Origin: an uncultured Verrucomicrobiae bacterium
GTDB lineage: Bacteria; Verrucomicrobiota; Verrucomicrobiia; Chthoniobacterales; Chthoniobacteraceae
Reading direction: 5' to 3'
Assembly (NCBI GenBank): GCA_963828525.1
Contig: CAWHEP010000005.1
Span: forward strand, 64,001 to 128,000
DNA length: 64,000 nt
The notes below the pieces were generated by a model. The model saw only the letters and a program-made list of their open reading frames with translations. It searched no databases and had not been told where the DNA came from. Made by a program: the position numbers and the translations under genes. Positions 21,897 to 31,678 of this stretch are shown here, in pieces; the stretch's first letter is position 1; every line of letters begins with the position of its first letter.

Positions 21897-23570
21897 TCAG
21901 AAGCTAAGGATCAAGTCCCAGTAGTAGAACGAGTAGTCGTGCAGAGGATTTAGCGAGAACGCGTTGGCCGGGCCGCCGGTGCCCAGGTGAGAGTTCAGCC
22001 GCTGTCCATAGTTATAGGAGAAGGTGCTGGAGACGGCGTCCGTGAAGTTGTAACCGACAGTAAGCGCGGGGCCCTGCATGTTTAGGCGCCCATCAAAGAT
22101 GTTGTTGTCTACAAGGCTTGGGTCGAGGGCGAACTGCTCGCTGTGCTGCCAGTACGCCCGGAGTGTCCAATCGCCTTTCCTCTTCAGGTTGCCGATCTCA
22201 AAGCCCGCCTGATACGCTGTGTTCTGGTCGGCTTGATCCGGATGGCCCGCCTTCGTCGCTCGCTCCCGCGCATCCAGGTTGATGGCATAATCTCCGAAGA
22301 CGCTCGCGGGTATTCTCCCGAGCTTGAAATCGAACTCCACGGGCAGATCGAGTACCAGTAAATTATTGACGCCCGTTTGGTTAAACCCGGCAAACAGCCC
22401 CCGCGTAGCCCCTGGCGTCGCTACCACTTGCGGCCCGTCCCCCTGGAAGTTGGCGGTGGAGACATTCGTCGTGTGGCCGGTGTAGTTATACAAAGTCGGA
22501 GCGATTAGCAGCGACGTCGCTTTGCTGAAGTTGAACTTCGAGCCCCCCTGCCATGCCAGCAGGAATGTGTCGCTCTGGTCCGCGCTGGGAAATCCATCCG
22601 CTCCTCCGCTTGTGCCAAATGAATTTGCAGGGCTGTTTGCCGAATACACGAATTGACCAAAATTTCCGAACAGGTCGATCGAAAACTCATCTTTTTCGGG
22701 CGCCGCGATGTTCTTGCCTGTATTCACCGCGATCTTGTCAGCGCTGCTGAATGGCGTGATCGTATAACTGAACTGCTCCGAAAATCCCTCTGGGGTGATG
22801 TCCGGATCCCAGACCATCGGCGTGCTAATCATCGGGTTTGGCATTTTACCTCCTTCAACAGACAGCCAGGGGGCCGGCTTATACCGGACATACAATTCTC
22901 CCACAAAAACCGTGTATCCCCAGTTCACCGCAGTCACTCCTTTTCCGGTTGTGACGCCGGTGAGCACCTTCCCTTTCACCGTTTTGCCGCTGGATGTTAT
23001 CGCGCTGACCGCAGTCCCGGTGCTCGCGCCAGTCACAAAGGTTGATGTTGGAGCGCTTGCCTTGTTGAAAGCGGGGACGGATCCCTCTGTGACATTCGTC
23101 GAGCGGCCGTCGTTTGAGGTCTCAAAACGAAATCCGAACATCCAGTTGTCCGCCAGTTTCGCCTCAAGTCCTACCCGGAGTCGAAGGCGAAAGCGGTTCA
23201 CTTGGGAATGGTCGGAGCCGGAGTTCGGAGCGCCCTTTCCGGAGGGATGATCGTTGGTCGCGCCAGCTTCGTTTATCCCGAACCTCTCTCGGACATCCCC
23301 GTAGAGCTTAATCTCGGTGATTGAAGGCGAAAGAATCGTCTTCGACACGTTTGTGGACTCAGTCTCCCGAGCGATATCTGCGCGTGCGTTTTGCGCTTCC
23401 TGATCTGAAATCACGTGGTGCTTCACCAGGAGGTCTAGCACGGGATCGGTGTCCTGAGCTTGGATGGGATGCCGTGATAGAAGAAAGACGCCAAGGAGAA
23501 GAGTGCTCAGCCAGAGCCTGAATCTCCGCTGTTTCTGCCGGTGAGCGCGTGTTCCATGTTTCTCATTCAT
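21897..23570 (-). CDS. Putative porin (Porin_5-like), paralog of 20248..21882
   Basis: VLDLLVKHHVIS, RFRLRLRVG, MVWDPDITPEG, IFDGRLNMQG and C-terminal DLILSF. RBS AAGGAG before the ATG. Confidence 0.8.
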   Translation of the reverse strand: MNEKHGTRAHRQKQRRFRLWLSTLLLGVFLLSRHPIQAQDTDPVLDLLVKHHVISDQEAQNARADIARETESTNVSKTILSPSITEIKLYGDVRERFGINEAGATNDHPSGKGAPNSGSDHSQVNRFRLRLRVGLEAKLADNWMFGFRFETSNDGRSTNVTEGSVPAFNKASAPTSTFVTGASTGTAVSAITSSGKTVKGKVLTGVTTGKGVTAVNWGYTVFVGELYVRYKPAPWLSVEGGKMPNPMISTPMVWDPDITPEGFSEQFSYTITPFSSADKIAVNTGKNIAAPEKDEFSIDLFGNFGQFVYSANSPANSFGTSGGADGFPSADQSDTFLLAWQGGSKFNFSKATSLLIAPTLYNYTGHTTNVSTANFQGDGPQVVATPGATRGLFAGFNQTGVNNLLVLDLPVEFDFKLGRIPASVFGDYAINLDARERATKAGHPDQADQNTAYQAGFEIGNLKRKGDWTLRAYWQHSEQFALDPSLVDNNIFDGRLNMQGPALTVGYNFTDAVSSTFSYNYGQRLNSHLGTGGPANAFSLNPLHDYSFYYWDLILSF

Positions 23571-23579
23571 GTAATCTCC

Positions 23580-23604
23580 TTAGTCCATTAAGTTGATAGA
23601 GTAA
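23580..23604. promoter_or_regulatory. 25-bp imperfect palindrome immediately upstream of the porin 2 RBS; candidate repressor (Rrf2-like) operator
   Basis: TTAGTCCATTAA-G-TTGATAGAGTAA; 9 of 12 arm positions are complementary. Confidence 0.45.
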
Positions 23605-23648
23605 AGGTTTTTTGCATCGCTCGTATTTATAGATGGTTCCTTCTCGGC

Positions 23649-24556
23649 TCAGAACAATTCGCCTTGAGCTATGCGGGAGATCTGCGACTCCGCGGTCAAC
23701 TCCTGGAGCAGCGACTTGAACTCGCACTCCGTGACGGCCTTCAAGAGTTCGGGATAGCGCGGAGCGATTTTCATCTCTTCCAGCGGCATGGGAAGGGGAA
23801 GATCGGTGTCGAGTTTCACCATCTCGCGATTTTGCAGGATTTGCGCCCTGGCTGCTTCCAGGCTTGCCCGCGACTCGATCGCTCTTCACTTCAGCCATCG
23901 CTCAAGCAAGGCGTCCAACGAGCCGAACTCGTTGATGAGCGCGGCGCCCCCTTTGGGCCAAGGCCGGGCACGCCAGGGATATTGTCCACGCTATCGCCGA
24001 CAAGGCTCAGCACATCGCCGATCTTGTCGGCGGGAACGCCCCACTTTTTTCGGACGCAATCGGCATCCAGCAAAGCGTAGAGATCCTTTGGCGAGGCAAG
24101 GTCGGCCTTGTTCGTCGTATAGATTTTCACGCGCTCATCGACTAGTTGGAATAGATCCTTATCGTTGGTCGCCAGCACTACCTCCATGCCGCTCCTCACC
24201 GCCGCGCAAGTGTAGGAAGCAATGAGATCATCTGCCTCCGTGTTTGAAGCGCTAACACCCGCCAAACCCAGCAAAGGCGTCAAGTTTTGAAGGTAGTCGA
24301 GCTGCGGAACAAGATGTTCCGGCATCGCTGGGCGATGCAGTTTGTAGCCGGGCTGCAGTTCTGTCCTCCGATGCGGGAGACCGTCATCCCAGACGACTGC
24401 TCCGAGGTCCGGCCGCAGGTCGCTGAGCATCCGCCTTGCTGTTTTCACAAAGCCATAGATCGCGTTCGTAGGTTCGCCGCGGGAGTTGCTCAGGTTCCGT
24501 ATGGCGAAAAAGGAGCGGTATGCGTAGTAATTGCCGTCGATGAGAAGGAGTTTCAC
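23649..24556 (-). CDS. Stand-alone 5'-3' exonuclease / flap endonuclease (PolA N-terminal-like), frameshifts near 23950 and 23870-23900
   Basis: LLIDGN, PTNAIYGF, EADDLIAS, NDKD and LVGDSVDNIPGVPGLGPK. The stitched C-terminus ends ...LQNREMVKLDTDLPL...IAQGELF*. Confidence 0.85.
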
Positions 24557-24688
24557 CTCTCCACCTTAAGCAGGAGACGAAGGTCTTTTCGCCTTCTTTT
24601 CGTTTGATTTACGCGAACGCATCGACAAAGCTCCGCGTGACCACCGGACACGCATCCGAACGGAGGCGGGGGCCTGCCAGGAAGGGCT

Positions 24689-26596
24689 TTGAAAATAGCG
24701 TATCTCTACTCCCGATTCCCTGTTGTATCGCAGACCTTTTGCGATACGGAGATGATGGCTCTCGAGCGCCAGGGGGTTGAGATAGAGATAGCCTCCATCC
24801 ATGCTCCGCCAACAAGTTTCCGGCATGCTGCCCCTGCGGATCTGAAAGGCGAGATTTTTTACGCGCCGCCACAACCTATCCTGAAGCTGTGGGAGGATGC
24901 CGCGCGGCGAGACGGCCGGTGGCCCGCCGCATTGATCGCGGAGCATGAGCAAAGATATGGAGCGGATTGCAAGGCCAGCCTTCGCGCTCGGAATGCTCTT
25001 CTCTTTGCGGATCGCTTTCGCCGGCAGGGTATCCAGCATGTTCACGCGCATTTTGCGAATCGCGCGGCGCACACCGCTATCTTCATCAAGAAGCTGAGCG
25101 GCATACCCTTCAGCTTAACCGCGCATGCCCAGGACTTTATGGTGGAATTGGGCAGCAACAAGGAGCTCTTTCGCGAGATGTGCCGCGAGGCTGCGTTCGT
25201 CGTCGCGGTGAGTGAATACAGCCAGAAACTGCTTTGTGAGCTCTGCCCTGAATCGCGCGACAAGATCATCCATCTCTACAATGGGATCGATCTAGATCGG
25301 TTTGAATGCGCGCCTCCTCCGGAGGACGGTGGAGATTTGCGCATCCTGAGCGTTGGGCGGCTCATTGAATTCAAAGGATTTCAGCATCTCATAGCCGCGT
25401 GTTCGCGTCTGCGGGACCGGGGCGTTCCCTTCGCGTGCCAGATCGCCGGCGAAGGTCCGATGAGAGATGTTTTGGAGCAGCAGATCGCGCGCGCGGGCTT
25501 GGACGTGCAAGTGCGTTTGATCGGGGTGGTTCCGCAAGAGGAAGTGGCGCGGTTACTTGCGGCGTGCGACGTCTTTGTGCTGGCTTGTACGGTGGATGGG
25601 TCTGGCGCTTATGATGTCCTTCCGACTGTCATCCTTGAGGCGATGGCTGCGGGGCGCCCAGTGATCTCGACACGCCTCGCCGGTGTCCCGGAGATGGTCG
25701 CTGATGGCGAGAATGGCTTGCTGGTGTCCCCCGGCAGCGAAGAGGAGCTCGCGAACGCTATCGCGATCATGGCTGGGGATTCCGCGTTGAGGCGCGCTTT
25801 GGGACACGCGGGCCGCGTGAGAGCGGAAGCCACATTCAAGGTGGAACACACCTCTGCTCTCCTAAAGGAAGCGTTCGCCAAGACCTTGGCGCCCACGGGG
25901 TTGAAGATGTCCTCGGATTCCGTTGAGCCGGTTGCATTGCTTTACCTCGTTGACCAATGGCCGCAGGCAGCGGGGTCCGCGATGGAGGAGGAACTGTCAC
26001 AGGCTCGCGCGGACGGCACCCCGATGAAGGTTTATGCTTGCCGGACGGGATCGATGCTGGCGCTGGAGCCAAACGTCGGGGGATCAACCTTCCAGGAGAT
26101 AGAGTTCCTGCCGGAGGACGTGGTGCTGGAAGCGGAATGGACAGAGAGGCAAGCGGAGGCGGCGAAGATGGAAGATTGGCGGGCCGAACTTGGCTCGGAT
26201 CTCACCAGACAAGTGTTTCTGGAGCATGCGAGATACGCGGTTTATCTACTCAAAGTGGCGCGGCGTCTGGATGTCCGGCACGTCCACGCCGGATCTTCCA
26301 GGGCGCTGCTTTGCGCGTGGCTCCTGCGGAAAATGCGCGGACAGCTCACTTTGAGCGCCAGTTTCGAAAACACACTTGCCCTCCCGCTGAGCTGTGTTCA
26401 GAAGCTCTCCGCCTATTGTGTGGGTGGCCGCCTCGGAGAGCCGGAGGCGAATCTCCCACGGGGAGCGATGCCTGCCTTCGCTCGCGCGCAACCGGCGGGC
26501 ATTCTACAAAGAGTTAGCCGGGCCTTCGGATGGAGACGCCCCCCGGTGGTGTGTCCCGTCTTGGATCAGCAAGCCACGGAGATGCCAAGATCCTGA
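24689..26596 (+). CDS. Glycosyltransferase family 4 (WcaL-like) with a C-terminal extension
   Basis: FPVVSQTF, HVHAHFA, SVGRLIEFKG and PTVILEAMA. Confidence 0.88.
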   Translation: MKIAYLYSRFPVVSQTFCDTEMMALERQGVEIEIASIHAPPTSFRHAAPADLKGEIFYAPPQPILKLWEDAARRDGRWPAALIAEHEQRYGADCKASLRARNALLFADRFRRQGIQHVHAHFANRAAHTAIFIKKLSGIPFSLTAHAQDFMVELGSNKELFREMCREAAFVVAVSEYSQKLLCELCPESRDKIIHLYNGIDLDRFECAPPPEDGGDLRILSVGRLIEFKGFQHLIAACSRLRDRGVPFACQIAGEGPMRDVLEQQIARAGLDVQVRLIGVVPQEEVARLLAACDVFVLACTVDGSGAYDVLPTVILEAMAAGRPVISTRLAGVPEMVADGENGLLVSPGSEEELANAIAIMAGDSALRRALGHAGRVRAEATFKVEHTSALLKEAFAKTLAPTGLKMSSDSVEPVALLYLVDQWPQAAGSAMEEELSQARADGTPMKVYACRTGSMLALEPNVGGSTFQEIEFLPEDVVLEAEWTERQAEAAKMEDWRAELGSDLTRQVFLEHARYAVYLLKVARRLDVRHVHAGSSRALLCAWLLRKMRGQLTLSASFENTLALPLSCVQKLSAYCVGGRLGEPEANLPRGAMPAFARAQPAGILQRVSRAFGWRRPPVVCPVLDQQATEMPRS

Positions 26597-27837
26597 AGAA
26601 CAACTCCGTTGCCGCTGTCATACCGCTGTTTAATCACCAGCGTTACGTCGCGGAAGCCATTCAGTCGCTGCTATCGCAGACGCGGCCTGTCGAGCGCGTT
26701 ATCATCGTTGACGACGGCTCGACGGATGGGTCGATGGATGTTGTCCGTGGCTTCTCCGATCCACGCGTCTCGGTTGTGTCACAGCCGAACTCAGGAGCGC
26801 ATGCCGCCATAAACCACGGAGTTGAGATTGCGGGAGATTGCGAATACGTGGCTATTCTTAATTCCGACGACATTTACCAACCCTCCAGGGTGGAAAAGTG
26901 CGTGGGATTTCTCCAGCAAAACCCGAATCTGGAGATGGTTTTTACCGGCCTCGAATTGATAAATGAAGAAGGGCGGAAGCTGGAAACCGCGGAGCCCCGA
27001 GCGAAGTGGTTTGATGCGGCGCGCTCTTTGGGAGCCGATGAAACTCCGCTGATCGAGTGGCTCGGCAAGGCAAACGTTGCGGTTACAACCAGCAATTTCT
27101 TCGCGAGGCGCGCTTACCTTTTGCGCAATCCGTTGCGGCCCTACCGGTATGTCCACGATTATCACGCCCTCGTGTCCTGCGCGCTCGAGGGAAGGCTTGG
27201 CCGGCTGGAGGAAAGTCTCCTTTGCTACAGGGCGCATGCAGGCAACACAATAGCCGTGCGCCCCCTGGTGCTTGGTCGCGAGATGTTGCGCATGAACTTC
27301 GATCTGCTCCGCGAAGCGGCGCCGAGGCTGGCGGAGAATGCCGAATTGCGGGCGGCGGTGGCTGCATACCAACGCGCCGCCTGGGATAGCATATCCAGCT
27401 TCCACGCCGGGGTTTTTGCATCCTGCGCCGCTTTCGTGTTGGCGCGGGCGGCCCCGGATTTGATCGAGGATGCCTTGCGAATAGCGGAGCGGATGCCTGA
27501 GATGGAAGAGACGGCCAACCGATCGCTGCTCACCGGGCGTGAGCCTGGAGTCACCGTTGTATCTGCCCTTGGCGACAAGTACGCGGCTTTGCGGAAAGAG
27601 CAAATGGCGTGGCGGGAGTATGCTGCTTTGCTGGAGGGTGTTTCGAAGTCTCGATGGCTGGCCTTGCAGCGAGCGTTTGGCGGTGGCGCGCAGCTCACCA
27701 GCGGCGGAGGGAAGACGGTGCTTGAGAGGCGCGCGTTTTTGAAGGCGCGTCTCCAGGGGTCTCGATGGATTTCGTTAGGCGCTCTGCTTGGAATAAAATC
27801 CGCTCGAACACTAAGAGGCGTGGCGCGCGACGGCTAG
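26530..27837 (+). CDS. Glycosyltransferase family 2; true start uncertain (possibly ~26593)
   Basis: VIPLFNH, VDDGSTD, ILNSDD and HDY. Confidence 0.85.
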   Translation: METPPGGVSRLGSASHGDAKILKNNSVAAVIPLFNHQRYVAEAIQSLLSQTRPVERVIIVDDGSTDGSMDVVRGFSDPRVSVVSQPNSGAHAAINHGVEIAGDCEYVAILNSDDIYQPSRVEKCVGFLQQNPNLEMVFTGLELINEEGRKLETAEPRAKWFDAARSLGADETPLIEWLGKANVAVTTSNFFARRAYLLRNPLRPYRYVHDYHALVSCALEGRLGRLEESLLCYRAHAGNTIAVRPLVLGREMLRMNFDLLREAAPRLAENAELRAAVAAYQRAAWDSISSFHAGVFASCAAFVLARAAPDLIEDALRIAERMPEMEETANRSLLTGREPGVTVVSALGDKYAALRKEQMAWREYAALLEGVSKSRWLALQRAFGGGAQLTSGGGKTVLERRAFLKARLQGSRWISLGALLGIKSARTLRGVARDG

Positions 27838-27947
27838 GGCGGGCTGCGCGGTGCTTGCTTTATGGGCTATTTTAACGAACATGTTATCGCGGCAGAGGGG
27901 CAGTCCAGCCCTCTCCCGCTCGTCAAACCAAATAGGAGCACGCCTCG

Positions 27948-29855
27948 ATGCCACCGCCCATAAAGCCGAAGACCCGCAAGAAAACTCCCCCGATTTGGGT
28001 TCTGCTCCGCCAAAGTTGGGGGCCGTACCGGTTCCTTTCCAGCTATCTAAAGCCGCATATGACGCGGTTTGTTCTTGGTCTCATCTGCGGCGGCGTAAGC
28101 GGAGCGATCAGCGGACTCATGCCGATTGTTACACTCTTCGCCTTCTCTCATATCGTCCCCAACGGGAATGGAGTTGCTCGTCCCTCATTTGGCAACTGGA
28201 AAGCCCTCGGTTCAGCCACCGGCCCGGCGTTCCATCCCACGACAGTTGTCTGGCTGGCTTGCATGGCCATTCCCGCCACGATGGTGGTGAACAGCGTCTT
28301 TGATTTTCTTGACGGTTATCTTTGCGCCTGGGTCAGCATGCGAGTGCTCAGCGACATCAAGGTCAAGCTGTTCGGCAAAATCATCCGTCAGTCCATGGAT
28401 TTCTTCAACCAGATGCGCTCTGGCAACCTGATCTCGCGCGTCGCCAACGACACGAGGATGGCGCAGCAGGCGCTTGCCTCCCTCAGCGTAGATGCCGTCA
28501 AGCAACCCATTACCATCATCGGCGTCCTTGTGAGCCTCTTTCACATAGACGCGAGGTTCACTCTCATTACTCTGTTTCTTTTTCCGGTCTGCCTCGTGCC
28601 GATTGCCTTTTTTGGAAACAGATCGCGCGCTGCGGGCCGGGCCGAAGAAGACGAGCAGGGGATGATGACGGTCATTCTTCAGGAAAGCTTTGCCGGCATA
28701 AAAGTCATTAAATCCTTCGCTCGCGAGGCGAGCACGCATGAAGAGTTTCAAGGCAGCAGCCTGCGGCAGTTTTCGATGGCCATGAGGGTGCGGCGGGCAA
28801 TGGAGATCGTTGGGCCGATGGTGGAAGCTATCGCGAGCATTGGTGTGGGGTTGGCTCTGTTCTACGTCTATTGGGCACAGTTGCCCGCTGCCAAACTCAT
28901 TGGTCTGCTGACGGGCATCACCCTCCTTTATCCGCCGATCAAGAGCCTTGCCCGAATCCATGTGGTATTGCAGAAGTGCCTCTCCGCTACCACAGGCATC
29001 ATGCAGACGATGGAGTTGATACCGACCATACAGGATCTGCCGGACGCGAAGAAACTCGGGCATTGTAAAGGAAGTCTGGAGTTCAAGGACGTGACGTTTG
29101 CTTACAATCCAGCCCGTCCGCCTGCGGTTTCCAACGTGTCGCTGAAGATTCTCCCCGGCAAAACATACGCGCTTGTGGGCGAGAGTGGCGCGGGAAAGAG
29201 TTCGATGCTTTCCCTTATCATGCGCTTCTATGATCCCACATCGGGCACCATAGAACTGGATGGCCAGGACATCCGCTCGGTCACTCAGGAATCGCTCCGC
29301 GAGCATATAGGCGTCGTGAACCAGGACACGTTCCTGTTCCATGATACCATCTTCAAGAACATCCAGTATGGCCGGCTGGATGCTACAAAGGAGGAGGTGA
29401 TCGAGGCCGCCAAGGCGGCTTACGCGCATGACTTCATCCTGGAGCAGGATAATGGCTACGAAACCATTGTCGGCGACAAAGGCTGCCGCATCTCGGGGGG
29501 ACAGCAGCAGCGCGTCGCCATCGCGCGGGCAATCCTCAAGAACGCGCCGATTCTCCTGCTCGATGAGGCAACCTCCGCCCTCGACTCCGAATCCGAGTTA
29601 AAGATCAAGGACGCCTTGGAGAAATTCTCCTCAGGACGCACCGTCATCGCCATTGCCCATCGTTTATCTACCATCCTGCGTTCCGACCAGATCGTAGTGA
29701 TGGATAAGGGCCGTGTCCGGGATGTGGGTACGCACCATCAGTTGCTCGAGGATTCGATTCTATACCGTCGCCTGTACGAGCTGCAGTTTAGCGGACACGA
29801 CGATGTCGCGGCTGTCGCTCCGACCGTGGAGGAACCGTTGCTGGTGAACGCCTAG
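27948..29855 (+). CDS. ABC transporter fused permease/ATPase (MsbA-like exporter)
   Basis: TM domain; Walker A GESGAGKS; signature ISGGQQQR; Walker B ILLLDEATSALD; IAHRLST. Confidence 0.92.
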   Translation: MPPPIKPKTRKKTPPIWVLLRQSWGPYRFLSSYLKPHMTRFVLGLICGGVSGAISGLMPIVTLFAFSHIVPNGNGVARPSFGNWKALGSATGPAFHPTTVVWLACMAIPATMVVNSVFDFLDGYLCAWVSMRVLSDIKVKLFGKIIRQSMDFFNQMRSGNLISRVANDTRMAQQALASLSVDAVKQPITIIGVLVSLFHIDARFTLITLFLFPVCLVPIAFFGNRSRAAGRAEEDEQGMMTVILQESFAGIKVIKSFAREASTHEEFQGSSLRQFSMAMRVRRAMEIVGPMVEAIASIGVGLALFYVYWAQLPAAKLIGLLTGITLLYPPIKSLARIHVVLQKCLSATTGIMQTMELIPTIQDLPDAKKLGHCKGSLEFKDVTFAYNPARPPAVSNVSLKILPGKTYALVGESGAGKSSMLSLIMRFYDPTSGTIELDGQDIRSVTQESLREHIGVVNQDTFLFHDTIFKNIQYGRLDATKEEVIEAAKAAYAHDFILEQDNGYETIVGDKGCRISGGQQQRVAIARAILKNAPILLLDEATSALDSESELKIKDALEKFSSGRTVIAIAHRLSTILRSDQIVVMDKGRVRDVGTHHQLLEDSILYRRLYELQFSGHDDVAAVAPTVEEPLLVNA

Positions 29856-29883
29856 CAGTGTCCGCGGCTGAGAATCGCCGCCT

Positions 29884-31503
29884 CTACGGAAGCAAGTTTG
29901 CCCCAGTGAGCAGCCATATCTGCCGAGCGCCGCTGCTGCTCATCCAGACAAGGCGCGTGTATCCATCATTGCCCGCTGCAATAGACGTTGCGGCCCACCC
30001 GGAGTATGGGCCAAAGATTGCCTGGCTGAAGGAGTGGCCCGCGTTATCGACAGTGCGGACGCAAACTGCTCCGGAATCGTGAGTCCAGAGGATGCGCGTC
30101 CGGTTATCCACAGCGACAGCGGCGTCGGTGATGTTCCATCCGGACGGGAGTCTGAAGTTGAATGCTGCCGCCACGCGGTTATCCGCTGAAAGGAGCCACA
30201 GGCTGCACGCTCCTCCCGGCGCGCCCCAGATGACGCGCGTGAGATCGTCATGCCCTCCCGAGGCGGCCTTCGGGGTCCAACCAGGGTAGGGGCCATACGC
30301 CATCGCATGGGTGATGCCTCCCTGGTTGTCCAGCGTGGATATGTTCATCGCCCCATTGGAGTAGCGGCTGATGATTCTCGTCTGGTCGTCAGCTCCAACA
30401 GTGGCGTCAATGATGGAGCGAGCCGTCGCGCCATAATTGTACGTGGCGTTGAGCGTGTTATCGGGATTCATCAGCCACAGAGAAAACGCGCCGTTCGGCC
30501 CGCGCGATATCAAGCGGGTGAACCCGTCGGATCCGCAGGCCACAATGCCGGGCGCGAAGCTCTCAACGCCGGGGAAGGTTTGGACGTTGAGCGCGCCTCC
30601 TCCGGGGCGCACTGTTTCGAGCTGCGCCTGCCCGGAGGGGCTGTTGGACAACACCCGCGCGCCATTGTCCCTGCCCACGGCGACATCCGAGGCGACCGGA
30701 GTTGATAGGTTCGTCAGCGTCAACGAAGCGCCAGTCGCCGCCATCGCCTTGTTAAGCTGGGGAACGTAGAAGGGGATAAAAGAGTCGTAATCCACATTCA
30801 CCGCAATCGCGTAATGCATCGCGACAAGCGTCAGCGCCCCGTTTACCGGAATAAATGTCGGGCTGCCGGAATCCCCGGATTCGACCTGCGCGTAATTTGT
30901 GATCTGCCGGAAATTGGTCACGAGCACGCGGGTCTGGTCAGAGGAGGTCTCGCTGTGGTCTGTAAAGGCACTCACCGTATTTATACCCACGAGGGCCGAC
31001 CAGCCATAGACCAGCACTGGCAGATTGAGATACGCCTGCTCGTTAGGGAGGGCCAGGATCGGGTAGAAAGAGACTCCATCAGACGCTGGAATCGGAGCGC
31101 TCAAGTGCCCCAGCGCAACGTCCGAGGCTTTCCCGTTTCCGTATTGCGTTTGGTCATAGCCAGTGACCTTGTAGGTTTTGAGCTGACCCGCGCGATTCAG
31201 GAATATCAGGTTGCTTCCCACCGGAACTTCGTGGTGCGCGGCCGCGACAAAGTATTGCGCGCTGACCATCGTCACGCTCTGTTTCGAGTCGAGTGCCGAC
31301 CACCCCACTCCTGAGAAATCAAACCCCTTCCCGACAAAGCTGGAGGATGTATTTGGGACGGGCGCGGACGGGTATCCCGCTGAGAAGCGATTGTTCGCGG
31401 CGGCCGTCTCGTTGAAAATGACCAGGCTCCAAGCGTGAGAAGCAGTCCCAAGCAGGATAAGAAGGGAGGCAAACCGAAAGAACGACTGTTTGAGTAAAAT
31501 CAT
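29884..31503 (-). CDS. Secreted trypsin-like serine protease with six C-terminal repeats (putative beta-propeller)
   Basis: Signal peptide; AAAHH (His), DVAL (Asp) and GDSGSP (Ser). Six ~43-aa repeats of the form D..TR..W....G....W.L... Confidence 0.7.
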   Translation of the reverse strand: MILLKQSFFRFASLLILLGTASHAWSLVIFNETAAANNRFSAGYPSAPVPNTSSSFVGKGFDFSGVGWSALDSKQSVTMVSAQYFVAAAHHEVPVGSNLIFLNRAGQLKTYKVTGYDQTQYGNGKASDVALGHLSAPIPASDGVSFYPILALPNEQAYLNLPVLVYGWSALVGINTVSAFTDHSETSSDQTRVLVTNFRQITNYAQVESGDSGSPTFIPVNGALTLVAMHYAIAVNVDYDSFIPFYVPQLNKAMAATGASLTLTNLSTPVASDVAVGRDNGARVLSNSPSGQAQLETVRPGGGALNVQTFPGVESFAPGIVACGSDGFTRLISRGPNGAFSLWLMNPDNTLNATYNYGATARSIIDATVGADDQTRIISRYSNGAMNISTLDNQGGITHAMAYGPYPGWTPKAASGGHDDLTRVIWGAPGGACSLWLLSADNRVAAAFNFRLPSGWNITDAAVAVDNRTRILWTHDSGAVCVRTVDNAGHSFSQAIFGPYSGWAATSIAAGNDGYTRLVWMSSSGARQIWLLTGANLLP

Positions 31504-31678
31504 GAATCTGATTGGGGAATCGAGGGAGGCGATTGCTGGATCGGGATGAACTCACTCAGCCCTTGAAAGCTGTCAATCCCCCTTCGGGGATGAATGGGAG
31601 CAGAGTACGTGCCGCAAATGGTTTGCCGTCCCCCGCGCGCTGGAGTATCCTCGTTCTGGAATTGTGGCGCGTCACGCT

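Noticed and set aside
28212..29429. 405-aa minus-strand ORF
   Set aside because: Antisense to the ABC transporter.
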